Assembly (NCBI GenBank): GCA_004431415.1
Contig: QPMI01000150.1
Coordinates: 62,001-126,000, forward strand
Reading direction: 5' to 3'
Length of the DNA stretch: 64,000 bases
Source: Cyanophora paradoxa CCMP329
Lineage: Eukaryota > Plantae > Glaucophyta
In this document: positions 13,041 through 25,731 of the stretch, in pieces
Numbering within the stretch: the first letter of the stretch is position 1
Layout of the letters: each line of letters begins with the position of its first letter
Program-made: the position numbers and the translations under genes
The notes under the pieces: generated by a model
Database searches by the model: none
What the model saw: the letters and a program-made list of their open reading frames with translations, nothing else
What the model was told of the DNA's origin: nothing

Positions 13041-15269
13041 CTACGAAGCGATCCTGCCGCTGAGGCGCTTTCTTTTGCTTAAGCTCAGTTCCGAAGCTCA
13101 GTTAACGCCCGAATTAATTGCTCACTGATCTCGCTTGCTGTTCACTCGCTGCAGCTGCACACTCGCCGCTCTTTGTTATTCACAACTCGAGTGCTCGGTT
13201 TGCCGCCCGGCGCCGAGCTCGAGGGGCAGCCACCGGTGCGCCAACGAGGTCGGCGCAGCGGTACCCGGTGCAGGGGCGGGCAGGGCCGCAGCCACCGGCA
13301 CAGCTAGGAAGCGGCGCAAGCGGATTTGCGGTGCAAGCTCAAGCACGAATGCCGGGCAGCGTGCTCGACTGCGGGCAGCGGCGCGTGCTCGGTACGCATG
13401 CGCAGTGCTGCGGTGCAAGCTTGCAATTGATGCAGTGAAAAGTAGTCCAGGCGGCACGGGTACCGGGCGGCGTACGCGGCGCACTGCAGCTGCGCGCGAG
13501 GAAGCGGAAATCTAGAGGAGACAGGTAGAGAGAAGTGGTTCCATGCAGAATCGCGCAACGAAGATCGATCGCGAGCTCGAGAGCAAGGCGTACGCGACGC
13601 ACTGCGAGGAAGCCGAATTCGAAATCTAGAGGAGACAGCTAGGGAGAACTGGTTCCATGCAGAACCGCGCAAGGAATTCGAAGACCGGAATTCGAATGAG
13701 AGAGAAGTTCGTTTCCAGGCGAGGAAAACTGGTCTTCGCCCTCGGCATGGACGGCCGCAGCGACAAACACGTGGAGCAACCCAATTTCGGCCCATTTTTT
13801 TCCCGCGTTGCAAACTGGACCTAGAAGAAATTTTGGCTGAAGCGAGGGAACGGGAAGCAAGGGGGGAAGACCTTCGGTCTTCTTTCCCCCCTTGCAATAA
13901 TTAAAGCTTACTAATTATAAGTTATGCATGCATGCGCATTGCGGGCCAACATTACTATGTCATGATCATACCTAGAGTTCACCCTCCCGCAGGCTTCGGC
14001 CTTGTTGGAGGAGCGGCGCGCTCGTTCAACGGTTTGGCTGCTGCTGACGCTGATGATCAGGCTGCCTCGGATGTTGACGATCGCGAACACGATTCGGAGT
14101 CTGGTGCCGGTTCTCGTCGCTCTGGTTCGAGCTCTGACTCTGACTCGTCCGATCCGGCGCTCCTTCTTTCGAACTTCGGCGAATTCGCGATCGGGCGGTG
14201 CTGGCGACCCCGTCTCTTCGCGTGACATCGATTCTGTTCTTAGCTCCGGAATCCAGCGGAGTTCGCCGTTCGTGGGAATGTCCCGTTGGGGATCCCTGGT
14301 GGCCCATGGTCGCCCGCCTCCTGCGCCGTCTCCTCCTGTCCTGGCCCCCATATATAGTCACCCTTGGGCCCGTCCCCATTCCTGCTCTCGCTGCCCCTCT
14401 CGACGCTCCTTTCACCCCATTCCCTGCGGTCCCGATTCCTGTGCTTCGGATCGGATCCTTGGCCCGGCCCGCTGGCCCCGCCTCTACCTCCTCCCTCCTT
14501 GCAACTCGCTGTCACGGGGCCTCTTCACTTGCCGGTTCCCCGGCAAGTCCCTGGTCATCTTGCAGCTCCGTACCCCTTCTTTAGCTTACCTCTTCCCCTC
14601 GCTCCTCCACTTCCGCCCCCGCGCGGCCCATGGCCACTCAGTGTGACTTTCTGACGTACTCCTGGTTTAGCCCCCTCTTCAGCCCATCCTTCTTGCTCCC
14701 GCTTCTGCCACTGTGACGTCACCGGGCGGCACTATCTTTTTGCATGCACCCCCCCGCCGCTACGTCCCCGGTCTCTTTGCGTCTGCATCCACTTACCCGG
14801 ATTCGAGTGCAAGCCTCCTCGCCTCCAGAGCTCGCGATCGCCATCACTCCGGCCTCCCTCGCCTCTGCTCTCGATTCTCCATACCCTTCGAACAGCTGCA
14901 CTCTATCTCCTTTTCACCGCAGATTCTCCATACCCTTCTTCGTGTCTGTCCTCCTCTATATATCACTAGATCTAGATCTGCTCGGTCGACGTCTGGTTCG
15001 CTTCTCGTCTCTTTTCGATCTGCCTCTGTGCCTTTCCTCTTTTATTGTCGATTTTGGCTTTTTAAATTTGTCTTGTCATTCTTCGTGCTCTTGTCTTAGT
15101 TCCTTTATTTTTTTTGTCCCTGTGCCCCCGAGACGTCGACTGTGGGCCTGTGCCGGCTGTGCGGCCCTGTGGGCCACATGGCACAGGCCGCCGAGGCCGG
15201 TAATCACCAAAAAAAACATCACTATGATTAATTAACTTTTTTGTTGAGAGACTACGCCGTCACTACGGT

Positions 15270-16285
15270 GCATGGGGCAAGTTCCCCGGGCAACATTGCC
15301 GAAATGAATTCAAAAATTTTCAAGACCGAACATGCATGCGCATGCGCAATTGGGGTACATCAATTGCAAGCAAGTTTAGCACAGGCCAAGCTGGCCAACC
15401 TGCTGCCAGGCGCCGGCTGCTGGGCCTACGTTACGCTACGTACCGTAGAACAAATAAACACCGCGCCCACTTAATTACCGCGGCACCAAATTACCGCACC
15501 GAGAATATCGAATTTGTTAAAATTTAAACGCGGTAATTTGGTACCGCGCGCGGTAATTTGCTGTTGAGAAGTCGCCCCATACAGTACCCCCCATAATTAC
15601 CGCCCCATACAACCCTGAAATTTGTAAAAACGCGGTAATTTGGTGCCGCGGTATTTTGCTCTGTGGCGGCCCACTACTAGGGGGCCACTAGCTGGCGGGC
15701 CGGGTTTTAAAACGCCGTAATTTTCAAAAGTTTTATGCCGCGGTAATTTAGTGCCCGATCGCGACGGTATTATACCGTAGACTGGGTCCGTACTACCGGG
15801 GTACTCCGTAGTACGTCGGTTACGGTCGGTATACTATACCGTGTAACACTTAATTAATGCGCCGGTAATTAATGCGTTTTTGGACCCCAACCCCTAGTAT
15901 GGATAGTAATACGGTACCAAATTAATGCGTTTCGAAGCATTTTGGCTGCTGTAGGGGGTACATAACGCACTTTTCTTAGCGTTTCGATATTAATGCGGTC
16001 CCAAATTAATGCGTTTTGCCAGCAGAAAACGCATTAATTTGGGACCGCATTACTTAAGTGCGCGCATTACTTAAGTGTTACACGGTACGTACCTCAGGGG
16101 CCAGGGCCCCCGGCCCAGGCCCCAGGGGCCAGGCCAACCTGCGGTCCGCTGCGGAGGCTAGACGTAATATTACGTATACGAGCTGGCCAACTGGCCAACC
16201 TCAATAGCAAGTTATTAGCAAGTTAAAAATAATAGCAACTTTGCCAAAAGTACGTTGGCAAGTTGGCCGGGCAACTTGCAATTCA
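15270..16285. mobile_element. Nested MITE cluster
   Basis: Degenerate outer inverted ends (GCAAGTTCCCCGGGCAAC near 15277; GTTGGCCGGGCAACTTGC near 16262) enclose a decayed CCGTAGAACAAATAAACACCGCG element (about 15443-15770, related end near 2250-2313) and the intact MITE at 15839-16085. Confidence 0.5.
15839..16085. mobile_element. MITE, Tc1/mariner-pogo type (family 1, copy 2)
   Basis: Same TIRs and TA flanks as 2403-2666, and a homologous interior. Confidence 0.9.
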
Positions 16286-17087
16286 AGATTGCAAACTTGA
16301 AAGGGGGATCGATCATCGGATAATGTTGATTCGATATGCCATATTATGGCCCATATACATATGCATGATACTAGTAGATCAATTGCAATCCATCACGCGC
16401 ACGTGCTGCGCATGCGCTGCTGATGCGCATGCGTGCAGTGCCGTCACTGCACGACCGTCGGTCCGGGCCCCGGGCCCCCGGCGCCCCGCCGGGCCGGCGG
16501 CGCCCGGCGCCGGCCCCCGCGGGCCCCCGCCGGCCCCCGGGCCCGGCCGCAGGCCCGCAGCGGGGGCGGCGCCGGCGGGGCGCCGGCGGCGCCGGCCGGG
16601 CGGCGCCAGCTCAGTCACCTCAGTGCACTGCATGCGCATGCGGCAGCGAGCGGAAGGCTGCGCCGGACCCGGAAACTTTGGCCCGGAAGCGCTATCGGAG
16701 TACTAGCTGTACTACTGCTGCGCTAGCCGCTGAGCGCTGGTCGCCACCGTCATCGGAAGGCACTGGAAGCAGATCATCGGATCGATCAGCTCCAAGAGCG
16801 CTTCTGGGGTGCGGCTCGGGCGTCTTACGGTGGCAGACGACGTGGCGACTCTTGGTCTGCCAGAGGCCCACAGCGCGAGCTCGCCGCGAGTGCGGTGGCG
16901 CCGGCACTCGCCGGCGAGCTCAAAACGATCGAAGGGTCGGCCTGGCGACATCAGCGTGGCCGCAGCTGCAGGGAGCCATGACCATGACCATATGCGGGGC
17001 CGGCCTGACAGGTGCAGGGCCCGCGCTCGGCGCGCGCACAACAACGAGAGTTGGATCGCTCAACTCCGCGATCGGCGCTTTTTGCAG

Positions 17088-20051
17088 GTGAAGGGCAGGG
17101 CGGACTCTCTCCTTGTGCAGAGAAGGCTGGTCTAGATCTAGATCACCCACCGGTGCCGCTGCCGGTGGTGGTGCAGCTGGACCAGCTCGTCAGCGCGCTG
17201 GGCGCCCTTCACGTCGAAGAGGAGGCGGAGGTCGAGCTCGCCGCCAGCTCCGCCGGCTCCTCGCCCTCGGCCCCCGCCCCCGATCCCCTCTCGCCCACGT
17301 GCACCCCGCTGCCGCCCGCGCCGGCGCCACCGGCAGCGCCGCCCTTCGCAGTCGTGATACAGCTACCGGCATCGCAATGCGTGCGTCGCGCGCGTGCCCC
17401 CCAGCGGGGCCCCCGCGCGCGGGCCTGAGGGGTGCGGCGCGCAGGCGCCGCCCTTCTGGGCGGGGGAGGATGATCTCGCGGCGCTCGCCGCGGAGGCGGA
17501 GGCCTCGGCCGCGGCGGGGCTCCTCGGCTCGGAGGAGGGGCGGGCAGGGGCGGCGCGGGGCCTCGCCGACCCCCGCATCCTCGCCACGCCGCTCTTCGGC
17601 AGCTTCTCGGGGCGGCGGCGCCTGCACGCGCTCTTCGCGGCGCTGCGGGCGTCGACGCCGGACGCGACGGGGACGCGGCTCGTGCGGGCGGTCGTGCGGG
17701 CGCTGGCGGAGGCGCTGCTGGAGCCGCTGCCGGCGGCCGGCGAGGGGGCGGGGCCTTCCGGGAGGCGGACGTGGGGCGGCTGCTCGAGCTCGCCGCCAAC
17801 CTGGTGGAGACGTGCACGACGTGGACGAACCGCGCCGACCCGCACCACTTCCTCCTCGAGCCGCGCCTCGCCGACCGCCTCGCCCTCTGCGCCGCCGACC
17901 TCGCCCTGCCCTTCGCCGCCAGCCGCGGCCGCTGCACGCCCGCGCCCTCCTCCTCCGCGCCAACATCCACCGCGCCGTGCGCGCCGCCTCCCCCCGACTG
18001 CACATGCGCCGCAGCCGGCCCTCCCGTCCGCGCCAGCGCTGACGCCGGCCGCAGTACGACCGGGCGGGTCCCGCCGTCGAGCTCTACTATGAGGCGCGCC
18101 GTGCCGCCGGCGCCGCGGGCGCGCGCGGCGCGCTCCGGGGCTGACGCGGCGCAGGCGTGGTCGGACCTGCGGCGGAAGGGCCTCGTACCCAGCGACGAGG
18201 AGGCCGCGCTGATCCCCCGCCTCGCCAACCTGCTCTGTGCGCCCCGCCCGCTCGACCGCCCCCGGATCCGGAGGCACTGACCCCGCTCCAGTCGAGACCT
18301 GCCAGCCGCGCACCGGCCTCTTCGGTCCGCGCTCTCCGCCGCCGCGGCCAGCCGCCTCGCCTGATCACGACGGGGCGGCAGTGGCGAGTTCGGCCTACTT
18401 GCCCCCCGGGGCGGCCGGCGAGGAGCGCATCGTGGCGGAGTTCCATCTCGCGCAGCTCGCCAGTGCGAACGACGCGAAGCGATGCGCCTTCCCCGCGCGG
18501 GGCCTCTCACGCGACGCGCCGCAGTGACCGCGCAGCACTGGAGTAAGGAGTATGCTGCGGCCGAGCGCCACGGCCGCCGGTGCCTCGAGATTGCCGAGGG
18601 CCTCGAGCCGCGCTCCTGTAGGCGCGGCCGTCGCCCCGCTCCGTGCAGAGCGTCCGCACACTGACCCGCAGCGCGCAGTGTGCTGAAGCTGCGCGTGCTG
18701 GTGGAGCTTATGACGATTGCTAACTTCCGCCGTGCCTGCCCCGTCTCGTCCCGCCCCGCCCCGCCCTGATTGAGCCCGCCCGTGGCCGCCGCGCAGTCCA
18801 GCCCATCTCGCTCATGTCGTACGGCAACCAGGCGCTGAAGATCGCCTCTTCGCTCCACGTGCGCCCCGCGGCCGCTCCAGCGCCGCCCCCCGCGCCGCGG
18901 CGGGGCGCCCGCGGAAACTGGGCTGGGCGGGGCAGGACCCGAGCCTCGGGGACCTGGATCTGCTCGCCTACTACCGCTACACAAAGCTCTTCGTGCGCCC
19001 GCCCCGCCGCGGCGAGCAGCCGGCGGCCCGGCGCCGCCGCGCAGCGCCTCAAGTTCAAGCCCCGGCCGCGGCGTCGTTTGCAGGCCCCCATCAAGTCTCT
19101 CATCTGCGTCTCGAGGCTTTGTGTTGCCATTGCCAAGGTACCCCTCCTCTCTCCCCTCCGCCACCGCTCCTCTCTTTCTCGCCAGAAGGGGTCGTTTATG
19201 GTACGGGCGCCGCGCAGCGGGGGGAGAGCGCGGGGGCGAGCCCGATCCTGGCGCACGGCCTCTTCCAGCTCGGCGAGCTGCACCTCGCGGCCGGCGACGC
19301 CCGCGCCGCCGCCCGCTGCTTCGCCGCCGCCCTCTCCGCCCTCGAGCCCTTCTCCGCCCTCTACCCCCCCGAGCACCCGCGCCGCGCCCGCCTCGAGTGG
19401 GCCCTCGCCGAGCTGCGCGCCGACCGCCTCCCGCCGCCCGCCTTCCCCCCGCCCGAGCCCGTCCAAGCCTTCGCCGCGCCGGCAGCCAGCCCCGGGTCGC
19501 CCGCCTCCCCCAATTGCAACCAGCCGCCCTCGCCGTCGAGCTCCAGCCGGACCTTCGCCGGCACTTTCCTCGCGCGCCGCGCCGACCCGACGTGCAGCCC
19601 GATACCATCTGACGCCTCCAGCGCCCCCTCACCCTTGCGCTCCCCACGGGAGCACAGAGCGCCATCCAACCCCTCCTTCGCCGCCTCGCCCTCTCCCTCG
19701 CGTTCCCAGCTGCAGCAGGAGCCTGCGAAGCGCCGCTCGACCGCGGGCCGGCCGCGGCGGCAGCGGTCCCCCTCGAGTGACGACCCGAACCTGCGCGGCA
19801 GCATGCGCAAACCCCCGCCGCCCATCCTGCCTCGGCCAGACCCGAGCGAGCTCGCCCCCGTCCCGTGCATCACCGTCTTCGGATTCCTGGCCCCGTCCAA
19901 CATCATCCCCGCGGCCAGCGGTGCCGGTGCCGGCGCCGTCAATATTCAAGATTTTCCTATCGCCAGCGCTGTCGACGAGCGCGGGCCTGCCGGCGCCCCC
20001 CTCGCTGCCATCGATATCCGGCCGCGGCCCCTCAGTTACCCCTCTGACTAG
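17088..20051 (+). CDS. TPR-like helical-repeat protein, tandem paralog 2 (start not resolved)
   Basis: Homologous to about 9128-11875 over about 2.7 kb, with different N- and C-terminal segments. Stop at 20051. Confidence 0.6.
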
Positions 20052-20322
20052 AAGGTCTAGAATTCGAGCTAGTACTTTTTCATCTCCGAGGCTCCAATAT
20101 ATTTCAAATTTGACACACAGAGCCCCGGCCCAGATCTAGACGCGGCGAGCCGCGCGCCATGGCCGCGCGCGCTATTTTCAAAGTTTCAGAGAGCCAGCGC
20201 TAGCCGCGGCCGCGGCCGCGGCTAGTACGTATACTAGCTATACTGCAGTACGTAGCGACAATTGCAAGCTTAATCCGTCGTTGAAGCCGAGCCCACCCGG
20301 GTACAGCAATTCGGACTTTGCA

Positions 20323-21732
20323 ATGTCGGCGGGCGGCAAGTACTTGCGGTTAGGAGACGAGGAGGAGGACGGGGATGAGAGTTCGAAGACCGCACCGCAG
20401 CGGCCTTCGCCTCCGCCTCAACCAGAACTGGACTTTCAGGGCGAGCGCGCCCCCGAACGCACGAGCGGCCCATTCTGATGCGCTATGGATCATCGCAGAC
20501 TTCGGCACCGTCAACGGCGCGGCGCCGACGGGTTCAATGGCTGCTGCTCCGTCGTCGCGCGGCGGGATGCCCGTCATGCCCACAACTGGTCACTCCGCTT
20601 CACTCCGCTTCGCTTCACGGGCTCACGCGGCGCGCGACAGGCCTGTCATACGAGCCGCTCGGGCCGCAGCAGCCCCAGCAGCCGCAGCAGGCGGGCGTCG
20701 GCAGCTTCCTGTCCATTTCGTACTACCGGCCGTTCTTCGACATTGACACGCGTGAAATGTGCGCCTCCCGCTCTCCCTGGACCGTACTCCGCCGATGACG
20801 GGCGCAGACTGACGCGGCTCACGCTGGCGCTGATGCCGATGAAGGGCGGGATCTACGAGGGCGGGCTGGCAGCACCGGACCTCTACGGCCCCTTCTGGAC
20901 CTGTGCGCACCGCGCCCGCCGTGCCGCCGGCGCGCAGCGCCGGCGGCCGAGGCCCCGGGGCGCAGGCACGACGCTCATCTTCCTCATCGGCGTCTGCGGG
21001 AACCTCGTGAGCCGCCTCTCCTTCACCGCGACCGACGACAAGCCCAACTGGGAGTACGACCTCACCAAGGCGCGCCCCCGCCCCCTGCTTGGCCCCCAGT
21101 TCCCGGCTAACCCGCAAGCGCAGATGAGCGTCGGCATGAGCGTCGTCTATGGGTACGTCGGGTTCGTTTCAGCGGCTCTCGTGCGCCATTTGCTCCGTCC
21201 CCCCAACCCCCCTCCAACCCCCCATCCTCCGCGTCCCGTGATCGCTGTACCCCGGCCAGTGGGCCTACCTGCGATTCCAAGAGACGGGCGCGCGGTTCGT
21301 GGAGACCCTCTCCGTGTACGGCTACAGCCTCGCCGTCTTCGTGCCCATCTTCGTCCGTACCCCGTCCCGTCCGCACGGCGCATATGATCCCCGGGACCTG
21401 ACTGTACCCCCCGTCCAAGATTCTGGGCGTCATCCCGTTCGCGTGGCTCCACTGGATCCTCATCCTCGCCGGCTTCTGCATGTCCTCCTACTTCCTCTTC
21501 GTCAACGTGCGCCGTACCCCCCTGCCCACCCCCTATCCCCCTTCCCTTATTATACCCCAGATGCGGCTGTACCTCCCCGCGGCGCCGGGGGCCCGGTACA
21601 TGGTCCTCGGGGCCTGCGGCGCCTGCCACTTCGGCCTCGCCCTGGCCTTCAAGCTGTGCGCCCCGCCCCTCTCGGCCCCCTCGGCCCCCTCTCAGAGTCT
21701 GATGCCCTCCCAGGTACCTTTTCGAGGTCTGA
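20323..21732 (+). CDS. Yip1-domain Golgi membrane protein (YIPF1/YIPF2-like), 10 exons
   Basis: The spliced product contains YYRPFFDIDT, PDLYGPFW, TTLIF, VVYGY and VYGYSL...P. Nine introns restore the frame, two of them GC-AG (20441-20498, 21070-21123). Confidence 0.9.
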
Positions 21733-22082
21733 GCGCACGCGAGGGCTGCCAATATGCGCCGTCCTCTCCCCTTGCCCTGGCACACCTCCTCCCTTGCAGC
21801 ACTTTTTGTCGATTTTTACCAACCAGTCGAGTTTTCTCCTGCAGCTGTCTGTGCAGTACTAGTTAGGCACGCACGCAGCCGCTCAAGTTCGAGGGAATCC
21901 GAAGGAGGGGAGGGAGAAGAGGGGAGAGCTAGCGCCTTGCGGTCCGAGATCTAGAGCTAGGAGGCATGCAGGGCACTGAATATAATTATAAGAGATTCTA
22001 GCTATAGAGGAGAAGAGCTATATAGATAGGCCAGGAGAGCTCGGAGACGTCGACGGGGCGTACATGTACATTAGAGAAAGAG

Positions 22083-23297
22083 ATGAGCGCCTACGACGAG
22101 CCCGATTCGGCGGGCAGCTGCAGGCGGGCAGCTTCGCCAGCTTTGCAGTGCTGGATTTGCCTCGGGGGCGCTTCGGCGAGCGACGCGGAAGAGGAGACCA
22201 GGGGCGGGCGAGGCGGGAAATGCGAGCTCGTTCACCCCTGCGCGTGCTCCGGCGCCGTGCACCTCGAGTGCCTTCAGAGATGGCGATCCCGATGCCGCGG
22301 TGAGCCCCGCGCTTCCGCGCGCGCGCGCGCCGGCGTGCGGAAATTAAACGCGAATTTCGGATTCGATGATTTTTCGAAGGTAAGCCCGGCTTCATGTATT
22401 GTGATCTTTGCTTGTCACCCTACGTCGTCCCGGCGCCTCTTCTCAGGGTGCGCCGCGCCGCGCCCCGCGCGCTGATCTCGCGAATCCGCAGCTAGATCCA
22501 TATTTCCTCCGACTCTGCCATCGATCTCGAGCTCACGTTCGCGGCGCAGGCGAAGCAAAGATGCAAAGGTGACGCGTCCGACTGCGACTCGGACGATGAC
22601 TTCGAGGGCCTTAACGCCGCGCCGCCTCTTGCCATCCTCCTCGTCCTGGTATGTCGTTTAATAAATGAATATTCGTTTGAATTCGAATTTGCAGGCCGGA
22701 CTATATGCCCTCTGTGCTTCGGTGGTGCTCGGTTCGGGCTTTCGCTCTCGCCCTGCTGCCCGGAATCTGAACGCGAGCGTCGGCCTTTCGCATGTCCAGG
22801 TTATCTCGGGCGCATTCTTCTTTATTGGACCACCGGCGCGCTGGTTTTCGTCTCGAGCTCTTCTTTTCATTTCGCTGCGAAATAAAATTTCTAACACTGG
22901 GGCGAAGGTCTAGAATACCACCTCATCGCTCCGATCGACGGGGTCCACATGCTCGTCCGCTCTCTAATTATAAATTGTCCAATTTTTGCCCCGGACCGTG
23001 ACCTACTGCTCATGCCGTCGTGCACTGGCCATGGGGCAGATGGGCGGGCTCCTCTTCGTGCTCCTGGTGGTGAGCATGGCGGCGTGCCGCGCGCTCTTCA
23101 CGAGGGGCGGCGGGGCGTCGACGCTGCGCGCCCTCCGCGGGCTCCTCTTCGAAGTCGCGGTGCGCGTTTGCACGCGTGCAGATCTAGATCCCATCCTCGA
23201 GCGTCTTCGCTTTAGTGCTGACGAGTGCGTGCACCCGCGGCCGCCCCCGATCGCGACGTCGATCTATCAAAAGGTAGTTCGAAGCCGGCCCTTATAA
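22083..23297 (+). CDS. MARCH-type RING-CH (RINGv) E3 ubiquitin ligase with transmembrane segments
   Basis: CWIC...HPCACSGAVHLECLQRW (C4HC3), followed by hydrophobic exons (GLYALCASVVLG, MGGLLFVLLVVSMAAC). Confidence 0.8.
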
Positions 23298-23836
23298 TTA
23301 CACTTACGTAGTGCGGAATTTACAGCCCATTTAGGAGGGCTTGGGCATGCGCAGGAGCCGGCGGCGGCCGCGGGACCCGCGTCGTCAACGGCGACAGGCG
23401 TCTGGGCCCAGACGAGGCGGCGCGAGTTCGAGGCGGGCAGGGGCCTGGCGCCGCCCCTCGGGCTCCTCAGCAGCCTCGATGCCTGCTTCCTCCTCCCGTG
23501 ACCCTGCCGCGGGGCCCTGCCCATGGCCAGACGCGCCGCGCACCCCGCCAGCGGCTCGATGCGGAGGCACCCTGTACTGTACAGATAGCTCATGATCAGG
23601 TCGCGGCCGGCGTCTAGTTATATTTATAGGGCTTAGCTGATGAATCTGACTGCAGTAACTGCTTGTTTAATTATGAGTGAGAAATCGACATAAGTGGAAT
23701 CGATTTTCAAAATTGAAAGTGCCTGGCAGTGCTTGAAAATTCCTACTTCCTGCTCTATTGATATCTGATCTAGGCTTGGACGAGCTGCGCTAAGCGATGG
23801 AGATGTGAAGCGGAGCTAAATTGAAGGAAACCTCGT

Positions 23837-25731
23837 TCAGAAAACCTTTCTGGCCATGGGGTACCCGCGGATCCAGATTCGCGATCGGAGGGCGAAGGGG
23901 GGCGAGCAGAGCGGCAGGGCGACGCGAGAGAGGCGCCGGCGCCCCGCGAGGGCGAGGGCGAGGGCGAGGGCGAGGGCGAGGGCGAGGAGGGGCGGCGCGG
24001 CGCCGGCAGGGCCCCCGGTCAGCCCCCTCCACGCGCCGTACGCCCACGCCAGGAGCGCCGCGTCGGGGCCGTGCCAGCCTGCGCGGCCCCTTCTCGAGGC
24101 GCGAGGCCTAGGGGGCGAAGGCGAGGGCGGGGCGGGGCGGGGGCGCATGCGCACTGCTGCCGGCGATGTGGGAGACGAAGGCGCGGTCTTCGTCTCCCCC
24201 GTAGAGCGCGGGGGGCAGCACCAGCACCGCCCCGCGCTGCCGCCGCTCGCGCTCGCGCTCGCGCCGGCGCTGGAGTCGCCGGCCGGGGCAGGGGCGGGGC
24301 GGGGCGGGGGCGCGAGGAGGCCGGCGGCGTCCCAGCGGGCGGCGGCGGGCACCCCGACGCTCTCCACGTACTTGGCGAACTGCCTCGGAGGGAGATCAAA
24401 TCAGATGATCTTGAAAGCAGCTCAAGCCAAGGCCGTCGGGCGGACCTCGCGGGAGAGGTAGAGGCTCCCCGTGGAGAGCATGACGGTGAGGAAGGGGAGG
24501 GGGCGGCGGCGGGCGGCGGCGGGGAGGCCGGCGGCGAGGCGGCGCAGCAGGGGGTGCCCCGGCGCCGCCGCCATGAAGTCGTTCGAGAGGCCGTACGGCA
24601 CCGTCGCCGGCAGCACCGCCTGCCCGAGCCCCAAATCAGAGGCCCCCGCGCTCAGCTCAGCTCACGCTCAAGGTGGGTGGGGGGGGTTGAGAGAGGGGAA
24701 GGGGGGAGTTGCGCACGGGGGCGGCGCGGAGGGCCTCCGGGGGCCGCTGGCAGGCGACGTCGAGGTCGGCGTACACGCCCCCGAGCCGCGCCAGCAGAAG
24801 GTACCTGCCCGGCCCCCAGGCGCGCGCCCGCTCGGATTCGAAGAGCTCGCGAGGGGCGCGGGCCGGGCCCCCCGCGGGCCCGAGGGGGCGCCGGCCAGGT
24901 GCGAGGCGCACCTCAGCGCGTCCGCTCGCTGTTCGTGGGGGTTACGGGGCCGAGATCAGCAGGTGCACCGGAGGGGGGTGGGGAAGAGAAGGGTAGAAGG
25001 GGGGGGGGGGGGGGGGGGGGCACCTGGATCGCGTAGGGGTAGGCGTCGTAGGTCGGGAGGATCTCGGGGTACTCCCGCGCGACGAACTCCCTCCCCGACT
25101 CGTCCGTCCAGAGCCTGTACTCGTACCTGCAACAAGGGGCTTGCGATCGGGTCCGAACCCCCGGCGCATCGGGGGGTACGTGTTTCTCAACACAAGCGTA
25201 CCCCGCCTTCGTCAGCGCCTTCCAGGTGTCGACGGCGGGGCGCCACTCCTCGGGTACGTTCTCGTCCCGCCACTGCTCGTCGGAAGCCGAGGGGGTACAT
25301 GTCACGCGGGGCAGGCCTAGGGTCCGGGCCGGGGGGGCCGAGCCCACGGCCCGGGGGGCACGGACGATCTGGTGGATGAGGGGGGGCACGGCCTCCAGGG
25401 GGGGGTGCTGCTTCCTCAGGTCGAAGTCGCGGGCGAGGAGGCGGAGGAGGGCGGGGTCGGCCTCGGGGCGCCAGCTGGCCGCCAGCACCTCGGCGACCTC
25501 CAGGCAGGGGGAGAGCCACGCGGCCGCCAGCGCCAGCCCCGCGAGGGCCGCCGCGAGCGCCCCGATCGCGAGGCGCAGCCTGCGCGCCGCCGGGCGCGCA
25601 CGGAGCCGGAGGCGCAGGGCCAGCTGCGGACTCCGCCCGCCATGGGCGAAGGGCAGCGCGCCGGCGCCGCGGCCGCGGCCGCGGCCGCCGCCGTGGGAGA
25701 CCAACTCCAAGCACGGGCTGAGTACAGACAT
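23837..25731 (-). CDS. Glycosyltransferase family 32 (SUR1/CSH1-like MIPC mannosyltransferase)
   Basis: PPLIHQ, YEYRLWTD, YDAYPYAIQ, RYLLL..LGGVYADLD (DXD), SNDFMAAAPGHP, STGS and WHGPD, plus N- and C-terminal hydrophobic segments. Confidence 0.88.
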
